The notes below the pieces were generated by a model, which made no database searches, was not told the DNA's origin, and saw only the letters and a list, made by a program, of their open reading frames with translations. Positions 55,660 to 64,000 of a stretch of 64,000 nt of DNA are shown here, in pieces (position 1 is the stretch's first letter; each line of letters begins with the position of its first letter). The stretch spans positions 1-64,000 of the IMG/VR virus record IMGVR_UViG_3300020576_002141; one strand, 5' to 3'. The position numbers were made by a program, and so were the translations under genes. The DNA comes from a virus (lineage: Duplodnaviria; Caudoviricetes).

Positions 55660-56232
55660 ATGCTGAATTTTACAAACTTTACTAGACTTGATAATATTTT
55701 CAAGTTTAATACATTCAAAAAATCAGTAGTATCTGAATCCGCTTTTTCTAGAATATGTGGTTCATATAAAAACGTAAGCTTGATTTTCTCAGAAAATCAA
55801 AAAGACTATGTACAAATATTGAATACTATCAAAGAAAATCAAAGATGTTATCCTGTTGTGTGTATGTGTAACAACAGAATAGTTTCGGGTATTCTTATTA
55901 CAGAAAACGTCAACGAATCCAACGATGTGTTTAAAAATAGATTGAATGAAATATATGAAATAAATCCAGATTCCATACTTGTTCTATATAAGCAAGGAGT
56001 TTCATCTAAAATCTTATTTGAAAACTCTATGGTAGAACTAGAGAAATCGCATTTAATAGAAGACTTCAATCAACACATATCTAAAGTTATAGACAAAGAC
56101 TTTAAGATTCTTGGAATTGAAGTACCAACCGAAAAAGAACTAGTAAATGAGTACAGAAAAAACAACTATATAGTATTTGCTTTAAACGAAGACGAGTTTA
56201 ATAACAGCGTTTCCTGGAAAGATATTATCTAA
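55660..56232 (+). CDS. Hypothetical protein
   Basis: 190-aa ORF in the late operon. Confidence 0.7.
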   Translation: MLNFTNFTRLDNIFKFNTFKKSVVSESAFSRICGSYKNVSLIFSENQKDYVQILNTIKENQRCYPVVCMCNNRIVSGILITENVNESNDVFKNRLNEIYEINPDSILVLYKQGVSSKILFENSMVELEKSHLIEDFNQHISKVIDKDFKILGIEVPTEKELVNEYRKNNYIVFALNEDEFNNSVSWKDII

Positions 56233-56236
56233 AAAA

Positions 56237-58240
56237 ATGAATCTTGTACTGAAAAAAGCATTTGGTATTTACAAACAAGGGCATAGCTTTAAGCTGTCCG
56301 AAAATTATCACATGCTGGATGAACATATCTCTGTAGGCAAGAAAAACACTATAAAACTATCTGTTATGGATTCGTTTGGTTCAAAAGTTGGACTATTTTA
56401 TGATACATTCGATCAAATAAAAGAATACTTTGATTTTGATTATTCTCTCTATCTCAAAGAAAATAACTTATTTTATCTAAAGACTCCATTCGGTATATAC
56501 GAACGCGGAGATATCTTTGTAAAGATCCATTCGTGTAATATTGTAGCCGAAACATATGCTATCTCTGGTAGCGATAGCCATTATTTTATAGATCCGTCTA
56601 ATACGTGTATAGAAATAATCTGCGATCAATCTAATCTATCGGAAGTATTCTATACATTCTCGCCTGACACGAAACCCATTTCCAACACCCTGGGATTGAC
56701 GGAAGAGAATATTTCTTCGCTTCAGAGTATACCGGGTATAAAAGGAGACAAGGGCGACAGAGGAGAAATGGGTCCTCGTGGATATGATGGCAAACAAGGC
56801 GAACGAGGACTTCAAGGATTTCCTGGACAAAAAGGAGATCCCGGTGAAAGAGGCCCAAGAGGAGAAAGAGGTCCGAAGGGAGATAAGGGTGATCCTGGGC
56901 GAGACGGTATTGATGGAAGTCCAGGATTAAAGGGTGATGTTGGTCCCAGAGGACCAACAGGCGAATCTGGATTATTAAAGGCTATCTATCCTTTGCGATA
57001 TGATAGCAAATCTAAAATATTAGATATCGATATAACAAAAATATCCGCTGCCTTCGGTGTGCCCGGCGGTGGTATGGATACCGCCTTTAAGCAGATAGTC
57101 GTAGACGGTGTTACATTAAACTCTATTCAGTATACAGATGAAACATTTACGATTAATAGTGGTTCAAATGTTTCTATAGTAACAAATCCTCTTTCAAACT
57201 CAATAACAATCTCTTCTCTTGGTGGTGGTGGAGGTGGAGGGTCTAGTACAAGCACGTCTCTTACTGTAAATCAGGTATCTCATGGTTTAACTACCGGTGA
57301 TGCTATTTATTTTGATGGTTCAACTTGGCAAAAAGCTAAGTCCGATTCGTCTGATACATTGGGAATAGCAGTAGCTAGCATAGTAAACGCAAACTATTTT
57401 AATGCCATATTTTCTGGCTTTATGGAACTAAACGGTCTGTCTGCTGGAAACTACTATTTTGTTTCTAGCACAACAGCGGGTGAACTTACCTTAGAAGATT
57501 CTACGATAAGCAATCCAATTTTGTTTGCTACTGGTATTACTCAGGGTATAGTACTACCTTGGAGACCAACAACAAATATTAGCACAAGCTCATCGTCCGG
57601 TGGTGGCGAATCAACGAGTTTAAGAGTTAATCAAAATTCACATGGTCTTTCCACTGGTGATGCTATTTATTTTGATGGTTCTTTGTGGAGAAAAGCCAAA
57701 TCCGATTCAGCTAGTACTCTGGGTATAGCAATCGCTAGATTCGTGTCATCAAATTCATTTGATGCTATATTTTCTGGGTTTATATCTACTGGTGGGTTGT
57801 CAGCAGGAAACTACTACTTTGTATCTAGTGCTACAGCCGGATTACTAACAACTCAAACAAGCAATATAAGCAATCCAATTTTGTTTGCTACTGGTATTAC
57901 TCAGGGTATAGTACTACCTTGGAGACCAACAACAAACTCCGACGGAGCTTCTCCTAATAGCATCATGACTATAACAGAAAACCAGTATTTTATGAGTAAT
58001 GATGATGATATCATTTTAGGTGATGCTTCTCTCACTACCGTAAACATTTATTTGCCTGATCCATATGTTAATACCGGCAAACAATATAATTTCAAGAAAA
58101 TAGATTCTACTACTGGATATATAAATATATTGCCAAATGTATCTGAAAATATAGAAGGTACATCTTCAAAGTCTTTAACTACACAATATTCTCATTGTAT
58201 TTTATCTAGTGATGGATCTCAATGGTGGGTCGTAGGATGA
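56237..58240 (+). CDS. Collagen-like fibre protein with tandem 'HGL' domains and C-terminal KKxD domain
   Basis: About 27 Gly-X-Y triplets and two 120-aa repeats. Confidence 0.8.
   Translation: MNLVLKKAFGIYKQGHSFKLSENYHMLDEHISVGKKNTIKLSVMDSFGSKVGLFYDTFDQIKEYFDFDYSLYLKENNLFYLKTPFGIYERGDIFVKIHSCNIVAETYAISGSDSHYFIDPSNTCIEIICDQSNLSEVFYTFSPDTKPISNTLGLTEENISSLQSIPGIKGDKGDRGEMGPRGYDGKQGERGLQGFPGQKGDPGERGPRGERGPKGDKGDPGRDGIDGSPGLKGDVGPRGPTGESGLLKAIYPLRYDSKSKILDIDITKISAAFGVPGGGMDTAFKQIVVDGVTLNSIQYTDETFTINSGSNVSIVTNPLSNSITISSLGGGGGGGSSTSTSLTVNQVSHGLTTGDAIYFDGSTWQKAKSDSSDTLGIAVASIVNANYFNAIFSGFMELNGLSAGNYYFVSSTTAGELTLEDSTISNPILFATGITQGIVLPWRPTTNISTSSSSGGGESTSLRVNQNSHGLSTGDAIYFDGSLWRKAKSDSASTLGIAIARFVSSNSFDAIFSGFISTGGLSAGNYYFVSSATAGLLTTQTSNISNPILFATGITQGIVLPWRPTTNSDGASPNSIMTITENQYFMSNDDDIILGDASLTTVNIYLPDPYVNTGKQYNFKKIDSTTGYINILPNVSENIEGTSSKSLTTQYSHCILSSDGSQWWVVG
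57255..57936 (+). repeat. Tandem 360-nt internal duplication
   Basis: Two copies offset by exactly 360 nt; 57506-57576 is identical to 57866-57936. Confidence 0.9.
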
Positions 58241-58243
58241 CAA

Positions 58244-59302
58244 ATGCCCAATAATATTCTTTTCACAGCCAGCGGAAATAGAGGCGCTACAGGCCCAACA
58301 GGTGCTCAAGGACCTACTGGATCTCAGGGTATTCAGGGGCCCACCGGTAGTCAAGGCCCCACAGGACCAACGGGAAATGATGGTTTGCAGGGTATACAGG
58401 GTATTCAAGGTATTCAAGGTCCAACAGGACCAACTGGAAATACTGGTCTACAAGGACCAACTGGCCCAACCGGATCTATAGGAGCAACAGGTTCAACCGG
58501 ACCAACAGGTAATAGCGGTCCAACAGGTAACACTGGACCAACAGGCTCAATAGGACCAACCGGACCACAAGGAACAACGGGTGCTACTGGTCCTCAAGGA
58601 CCAACCGGAGCAACCGGTCCTCTTCCAACTAACTATGTTGTTTCTATCAATGGAACTACTGGACCAATCTCAATAACAGCAGGTTCGAATGTTACCATCT
58701 CCCAGACAGGATTAACATTTACTATCAGTTCTTCTGGTTCCGGTGGCGGGGTTGACTTTACTTATGGAACTGCGGCGCCTCCTTCTCCTACAAGCGGATC
58801 ACAATGGTTTGATAGTGAAAATGCTATACTATTTACCTACATCAATGATGGTTCTTCATGGCAATGGGCACAGCTTGTCAAGAACGGCAATGGACCAACT
58901 GGACCGACAGGACCAACCGGGACAGCTTCTACAAATGTCAAAACATTCTCAGTTGGAGCAGTATTTGATGGTGGTGGAAGTGTTCCTACTGTCAACAGTT
59001 ATACATATGTTCGGTCGGCTATCGATGGAACCATAAGCAGAGCCTCGATCTTTGCGGATATTACAGGATCGGCTGTCGTCGGTGTTTGGAAGTCAACGTG
59101 GACGAACTACCCACCCGTTTCCGGAAACTCAATAACAGGATTGACTTTCCCACCAAGCTTATCCGGACAAATCAAAAATGAGTATACATCCTTAACTGGG
59201 TGGAATACCAGCGTCACAGCCGGTGACGTGTTTGCGTTTAATCTCGATTCAGTTAGCACATCAACAAAGGTGATCGTCCAATTGGACATTATCAAGACTT
59301 AA
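58244..59302 (+). CDS. GPT-type collagen-like fibre protein
   Basis: Long GPTG/GATG triplet run; C-terminal domain paralogous to the ORF at 61919. Confidence 0.85.
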   Translation: MPNNILFTASGNRGATGPTGAQGPTGSQGIQGPTGSQGPTGPTGNDGLQGIQGIQGIQGPTGPTGNTGLQGPTGPTGSIGATGSTGPTGNSGPTGNTGPTGSIGPTGPQGTTGATGPQGPTGATGPLPTNYVVSINGTTGPISITAGSNVTISQTGLTFTISSSGSGGGVDFTYGTAAPPSPTSGSQWFDSENAILFTYINDGSSWQWAQLVKNGNGPTGPTGPTGTASTNVKTFSVGAVFDGGGSVPTVNSYTYVRSAIDGTISRASIFADITGSAVVGVWKSTWTNYPPVSGNSITGLTFPPSLSGQIKNEYTSLTGWNTSVTAGDVFAFNLDSVSTSTKVIVQLDIIKT

Positions 59303-59314
59303 GGAGCGGTTTGT

Positions 59315-59641
59315 ATGGATCTAAGAGAAACACCACATTTGAATGTTCACTTTCAAGAAGTTCTTCGTCCAATGGCAGAAAAACTAAGAGCCATTTTATA
59401 CGAAGGTCAAGCCAATCTAAACACTCATATTGAACTTCTTACGGCTTTAAGTATGTTCCCCGATCAGAATGCTTTGGTAATCGATGGGCGAGCCGCCGAA
59501 GGCGTCAGACCAATGACGGTAGAACAACTGAAAGTAGCCTGCCAGTTTCTGGTGGACATGCTTCAGTGGAGCCAAACCGTAGAAAACGAACCAAGAGGAA
59601 CGACAGCACTGAGAATGACCGTGCGTCCATTCAGAGTATAA
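59315..59641 (+). CDS. Hypothetical protein, 108 aa
   Basis: AGGAG RBS; in operon. Confidence 0.7.
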   Translation: MDLRETPHLNVHFQEVLRPMAEKLRAILYEGQANLNTHIELLTALSMFPDQNALVIDGRAAEGVRPMTVEQLKVACQFLVDMLQWSQTVENEPRGTTALRMTVRPFRV

Positions 59642-59647
59642 TAAACT

Positions 59648-60760
59648 ATGACAGAAAGATGGTTCACCACTTCAACCGAAGGAGCACAGGGCGACGGTAG
59701 CGGATCTTCTTGGGCAAACCGAGCAGTTCTAGTTTCCGGTTCGACGTGGTCTACTATTATCACCGGATGGAACTTTCCTTCTAGCGGGACTTTGATTTGT
59801 TATGTCGGACCCGGAACATATAGCGTTAGCGGAAAGTTAGATACAGCAGCAATTACAAATCCTCCGGTTGTTTATGCTCCATTGCTATTCCATGGTTGTG
59901 ACAGCAGCGGCAATCCACTCACTCCACCGGATCCAGACTGGAAATCAAATCAAGAACCATGGGATGACTCTTCATTACCAGTTCTTTCGTCTAGTGGTAA
60001 TATCAATATTTTCAATTTAAGCAGTTTTTCTTGCGCCTGCTTGTTGAAATTTGTTTCTTCTGGAAATACCACAAATTCTACATTTGAAGTTGGAAAAACC
60101 ATTTGGTGTCACGCCGTAAATTCTACTTCGAACGCCAGCACAAGAATTGGTGCTGGCGTTCACCATATGAATTCGGTTTTCAAAATGACTGGAACTGTGT
60201 ATTCTGATATAAGTGCTGGTGTTACAATTTCATACAATTCCAAATATATCGGCAACAGTTCGGCGTCAGCGGGTAATGGAATACTACCGGGAACAAACCA
60301 AGTAAATGTTTTTGGATGCACATTTGTTGATCATCCAAATTATATGATCAAATTTGGTTCTGGCACACTTTCTCAAAATCATAACGTATTGTATAATCTA
60401 TTTTACAACTGCACCACAGCTATTCAACTAGCTAGTGTGGCATCTCAAAGCAATACTCAAAAAATAATACACAACTATTTTGGAAATTGCTCTACAGTAA
60501 TAGATTGCAATACCAACGCTAAACTAAAATTCTACGATAATCGATGTATACAATACACAAATCTTCTTATCAATGAAAACGCTATGGGCACCATTACCCC
60601 ATTTAATGACTTTGACGCTGCAAGCACTGCCTCTGACGAATTGGTAAACGTTGCAACCGGTGATTATCGCATCAAGAATACTGTCGATGTATGGGGGAAA
60701 AACTACGGACCCTCCGACCAACCGAGATCAGGAGGAGGAACTGTAGTTTCTCTACTATAA
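59648..60760 (+). CDS. Putative beta-helix / tailspike-like protein, paralog A
   Basis: Asn/Ser/Thr-rich beta repeats (NLFYNC, NYFGNC); termini shared with the next ORF. Confidence 0.6.
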   Translation: MTERWFTTSTEGAQGDGSGSSWANRAVLVSGSTWSTIITGWNFPSSGTLICYVGPGTYSVSGKLDTAAITNPPVVYAPLLFHGCDSSGNPLTPPDPDWKSNQEPWDDSSLPVLSSSGNINIFNLSSFSCACLLKFVSSGNTTNSTFEVGKTIWCHAVNSTSNASTRIGAGVHHMNSVFKMTGTVYSDISAGVTISYNSKYIGNSSASAGNGILPGTNQVNVFGCTFVDHPNYMIKFGSGTLSQNHNVLYNLFYNCTTAIQLASVASQSNTQKIIHNYFGNCSTVIDCNTNAKLKFYDNRCIQYTNLLINENAMGTITPFNDFDAASTASDELVNVATGDYRIKNTVDVWGKNYGPSDQPRSGGGTVVSLL

Positions 60761-60763
60761 ACC

Positions 60764-61909
60764 ATGGCATATACCACCAGATATTTTGGAACAACCGGAG
60801 GACCCAGCGGAAGCGATGGGTCGGACTGGAACAATCGAGCACCCCTATTGGTTGGAGGTACATCTGGAACATGGAGTGGCTCACTTACGGGTTGGAATTT
60901 TGGTCTTTCTGGGTCTCTTCTTGCTTATATTGGTCCGGGTAGATATACACCAAGCGTAGCATTAAGTCAAACTCTATTTGCATCCCCGTGTGGTGTCAGT
61001 GGGCATCTGTTCATGTGCGGATGTGATGCTTCTGGTAATGCCATACAGCCAGATTTGGGATGGAATTCATGCGAACCGGAATATGACACTTCTTCATATC
61101 CTGTATTTGTTGTAAATACCAATGCCAACTTTGTAAACTTGAGCGCAAATTTTGCTACGATAAGATGCCTTTACGTGGAAGGAAACAATGTAACAACAAA
61201 CTTTATAGTAAGGTTTTGCGATACTAGTTATTGCAAAGTCCATGCCAAAAGTACTTGCACCTACGTAGGCAGCGGTCTGCATGATGCCAACTCAAAAGCG
61301 TTCGATAGCGTATATCAAAATGATTCCACTGTCTTTGGTACTATATTAGGGTCAGACCCTTTTAACTGCCGATCATTTGCTACAGCAACCGGTGCCACAT
61401 GGGGAACCGGCATTGGCAATAACAATGCACCACATATATTATACAAATGTACTTCATATGGCGCTCCGTTGAGTCAAATACGCAGCAGCAGCGTTTCTCA
61501 AAATAATATGACACCATATTGGTTTGATAACACATTTTATGACGCTGGATTGACGATGGCTGCATTTTCTCTGACTGGTAGAAATATCGCTATTGGTATA
61601 ATAGCCAATAACTACTTTGCAGATGCTACTGTTGGCATAGATTATCTTTCTTTCATCAACTGTATCACCATAAATAATAGACTAAGAACATTCACCACCT
61701 CTACTTTTTCTGGAACAGCCGACAACATTTTTCTATTCAATCAGATAACCGGAGGAACCGACGCCGATGAATTTGTGAATGGTACTGGTGGTACCAGCGG
61801 AGATTTGACAATCAAGAGCACTTCTACTATGTGGGGTCGAGATTACGGAGTAGCCGATCAACAACCAACCGGCGGTGGAAATAGAGTCGGTGGATTCTTC
61901 TTTGGATAA
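60764..61909 (+). CDS. Putative beta-helix / tailspike-like protein, paralog B
   Basis: DGSDWNNRA...GWNF...YIGPG and ADEFVN...WG..YG..DQ match the preceding ORF. Confidence 0.6.
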   Translation: MAYTTRYFGTTGGPSGSDGSDWNNRAPLLVGGTSGTWSGSLTGWNFGLSGSLLAYIGPGRYTPSVALSQTLFASPCGVSGHLFMCGCDASGNAIQPDLGWNSCEPEYDTSSYPVFVVNTNANFVNLSANFATIRCLYVEGNNVTTNFIVRFCDTSYCKVHAKSTCTYVGSGLHDANSKAFDSVYQNDSTVFGTILGSDPFNCRSFATATGATWGTGIGNNNAPHILYKCTSYGAPLSQIRSSSVSQNNMTPYWFDNTFYDAGLTMAAFSLTGRNIAIGIIANNYFADATVGIDYLSFINCITINNRLRTFTTSTFSGTADNIFLFNQITGGTDADEFVNGTGGTSGDLTIKSTSTMWGRDYGVADQQPTGGGNRVGGFFFG

Positions 61910-61918
61910 GGAACGCAC

Positions 61919-62401
61919 ATGCCTGTAAACTTTCCATTATCACCAGCAACAAACGATCTGTATTCGTACGGAAATACCGTATGGAAATACAACGGAACGG
62001 CATGGGTAGTACAAAACTACGCCCCGGAGTCTGTAACCACAAACATCAAGACTTTCTCGATTGGTGCCGTTTTCGACGGTGGCGGGGCTTTGCCAACGGT
62101 GGATACAAAGTCATATGTTCTTTGCCCAAACAGCGGAACATTATCAAAATCTTCAATCTTCGCAGATATCACTGGTTCGGCTCAAATTACAGTATATCGC
62201 AATAGTTCCTCTTCCTATCCCCCATCTACTTCTATAGTTGGATCACTTCCACCAAGCTTGTCTGGGCAAAATTTTAATCAATATCCTTCTCTAACGGGTT
62301 GGAGTACAAGCGTCACGGCTGGTGATATTTTTGGATTCAAACTAGATTCCGTAACAGGTTGTACTCGTATCACAGTTCAAATCGAGTGTATAAAATCATG
62401 A
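61919..62401 (+). CDS. Fibre-associated protein, paralog of the C-terminus of 58244..59302
   Basis: [16 protein letters not shown]...IFADITGSA...PPSLSGQ...SLTGW.TSVTAGD.F. Confidence 0.75.
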   Translation: MPVNFPLSPATNDLYSYGNTVWKYNGTAWVVQNYAPESVTTNIKTFSIGAVFDGGGALPTVDTKSYVLCPNSGTLSKSSIFADITGSAQITVYRNSSSSYPPSTSIVGSLPPSLSGQNFNQYPSLTGWSTSVTAGDIFGFKLDSVTGCTRITVQIECIKS

Positions 62402-62412
62402 GGAGTGCGTAA

Positions 62413-62697
62413 ATGCCAGCAGAACCAAGACCATTTCCTATGTTTACTATAATAGACCCATCTATAAAAAGAGTTTCAGTAACTCTTTCTACGTCAGAAG
62501 TTATTGAATTTAATCTTGATCAGATTTTGTATCCCACCGATTTAGTAAATATCGATCATCCTGATTTTGAAACGTTTTATGCTGTTTTGAGATGGCTGCG
62601 ATCAAGAAATACAAATCTTGAAAATGGATTTAATGATCCTCAGGTCATGCAAGCCTATTTTAGTGCATACTTTATACCTATGGAGATTTCACCATGA
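62413..62697 (+). CDS. Hypothetical protein, 94 aa
   Basis: GAGGAG RBS; in operon. Confidence 0.7.
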   Translation: MPAEPRPFPMFTIIDPSIKRVSVTLSTSEVIEFNLDQILYPTDLVNIDHPDFETFYAVLRWLRSRNTNLENGFNDPQVMQAYFSAYFIPMEISP

Positions 62698-63848
62698 GTA
62701 AGTGGCTACAAAATATATCAACAAGTGACGGTAGTATGCCTTCCATGTGGTTTAGAGGTGGCGTAAGTAACACAGAGGCATCATTTACTCTAACTGGTGC
62801 ATCTGGTTATGTGTATGGATCAGCCGGTTCTGCTATATGCATGATGTCATTTTGTCCAATTGACAACGGTAATCTTACCGATATAGTTTTTAGACCAAAG
62901 CGATTTAATGGTACTTGGTCAAACACAGATCAAAAAATCAATTATGAAATACGAGAAGGGTTAGCTGCAGCTCGCAGGCCAGGAAATATTCTAACATGCA
63001 CGGGAGACGTTCAATTAAGTGGCGCAGTTGAATGGGTAAATAAGACAGGAATTTCACAATCACTTACAGCAGGAAAAATATATTCATTAGTATTATATGA
63101 TGCTGATGTTACAAATGGTGCAAATAATGTTTCTGTTGTTTTTCGTTTGGGAACAAGCATATCTACATATCATAGTTGTGTAATTGCAGAAGCGGGCACT
63201 ACTGTTAATGGGTTTTCTACTTCTTATAATGTTTCGGGTGGAAATCCGGCGTGTGCTCTTAAAGTTGGAAATAGATGGTATGCTGGTCAATGTCAAGATT
63301 ATCTAAATACAGAACCAGGAAGTTCAAAGTTACGAGGTAATAGATTTAAAGTAACTGAGAATTGTACTATTATTGGGCATATAGTAGGCTCGTCAGATGG
63401 AGATATGTTATATTTGCCTTATAAGTTCAAATTATTTGACGATTCTACTACAGCCGGAGGCACTCCGCTTTACACATTTACTCCATCCGCAACTTCAAAC
63501 CAAAACGGGTCAACTCAAACCCCCGTCGCCACATATTATACAGAATCCCAGCATTATGATATACAAAAGGATACGTGGTATAGGTTTGTGGTAGATCCTA
63601 ATCCATATGATGTGGCGAATACTAGACCAAGAAAAAGTGCTATCACCATTAGCGGAGATACAAGTACATTGTTGTCTGCTTTTGTTGCTCTATCTGGATC
63701 TTGTTATTGGACAGAATCTACTACAGGGGCAACAAGTTGGACAAATAGTATAACTGCTATGGCTTTAGTCAGCCCTTTGTTTGCTCCAAAAACACAACCC
63801 ACAGGAGGAACTGGTTCTTCAACTCACGCTTTCGGGTTCGTTGGATAA
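62694..63848 (+). CDS. Hypothetical beta-rich virion protein
   Basis: 384 aa, Thr/Ser/Gly-rich; ends QPTGG like the ORF at 60764. Confidence 0.65.
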   Translation: MSKWLQNISTSDGSMPSMWFRGGVSNTEASFTLTGASGYVYGSAGSAICMMSFCPIDNGNLTDIVFRPKRFNGTWSNTDQKINYEIREGLAAARRPGNILTCTGDVQLSGAVEWVNKTGISQSLTAGKIYSLVLYDADVTNGANNVSVVFRLGTSISTYHSCVIAEAGTTVNGFSTSYNVSGGNPACALKVGNRWYAGQCQDYLNTEPGSSKLRGNRFKVTENCTIIGHIVGSSDGDMLYLPYKFKLFDDSTTAGGTPLYTFTPSATSNQNGSTQTPVATYYTESQHYDIQKDTWYRFVVDPNPYDVANTRPRKSAITISGDTSTLLSAFVALSGSCYWTESTTGATSWTNSITAMALVSPLFAPKTQPTGGTGSSTHAFGFVG

Positions 63849-63858
63849 ATAAGAATAT

Positions 63859-64000
63859 ATGTCAAACTCCATAGCAATATCTCCCAGAGGACCAAGAGGC
63901 AATACCGGACCATCCGGCTCCATTGGCCCAACAGGAAATACTGGACCAGCCGGACCGACGGGATCAATAGGAGCAACCGGCTCAACAGGACCAACAGGCT
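63859..64000 (+). CDS. Collagen-like protein, 3'-truncated
   Basis: ATG at 63859, then [20 protein letters not shown]...; TAAATA lies 7 nt upstream. Confidence 0.8.
   Translation, partial: MSNSIAISPRGPRGNTGPSGSIGPTGNTGPAGPTGSIGATGSTGPTG

Noticed and set aside
57255-57936. Diversity-generating retroelement TR/VR pair
   Set aside because: Differences are not adenine-specific, both copies are in-frame coding, and there is no reverse transcriptase in the window.
886-63594. Numerous 60-140 aa antisense or alternate-frame ORFs in the track (e.g. 2759..3187, 14173..14574, 27603..27986, 60691..60942)
   Set aside because: They lie wholly within well-supported genes on the other strand or frame, and lack an RBS or recognisable motifs.
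1-64000. Stop-codon reassignment (alternative genetic code)
   Set aside because: Core genes are full length in the standard code, and TAA, TGA and TAG all end genes.

Overview
A 64 kb segment of a large AT-rich T4-like myovirus (Caudoviricetes, with a marine/freshwater cyanophage-like gene order). From left to right it holds: putative internal-head genes; a replication operon (gp45, gp44, gp62, RegA, DNA methyltransferase, dUTPase, dNMP kinase, gp43, gp61); nucleotide-supply genes (ThyX, class II NrdJ, GuaC); a free-standing GIY-YIG endonuclease; a RuvC-like resolvase; PhoH with a class 3-type intein; RNase H; and a tRNA cluster containing atypical tRNAs, a duplicated hairpin RNA motif and an HTH/LAGLIDADG-like ORF. 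These are followed by gp33, gp59 and gp32, a minus-strand tail/head-completion block (gp4, gp2, gp54, gp26-gp51, gp29-like), the baseplate block (gp48, gp53, gp5, PAAR, gp25, gp6, gp7, gp8), and a long modular array of fibre, collagen and beta-helix genes. The most notable items are a membrane-anchored PAS-domain protein in the baseplate operon, a T-TTT-TTA -1 frameshift candidate joining gp26 to a start-less gp51 frame just upstream of the tape-measure-like gene, and the composite tRNA/ncRNA/endonuclease locus at about 20.4-22.0 kb. All family assignments come from motif recognition by eye; no database searches were run.
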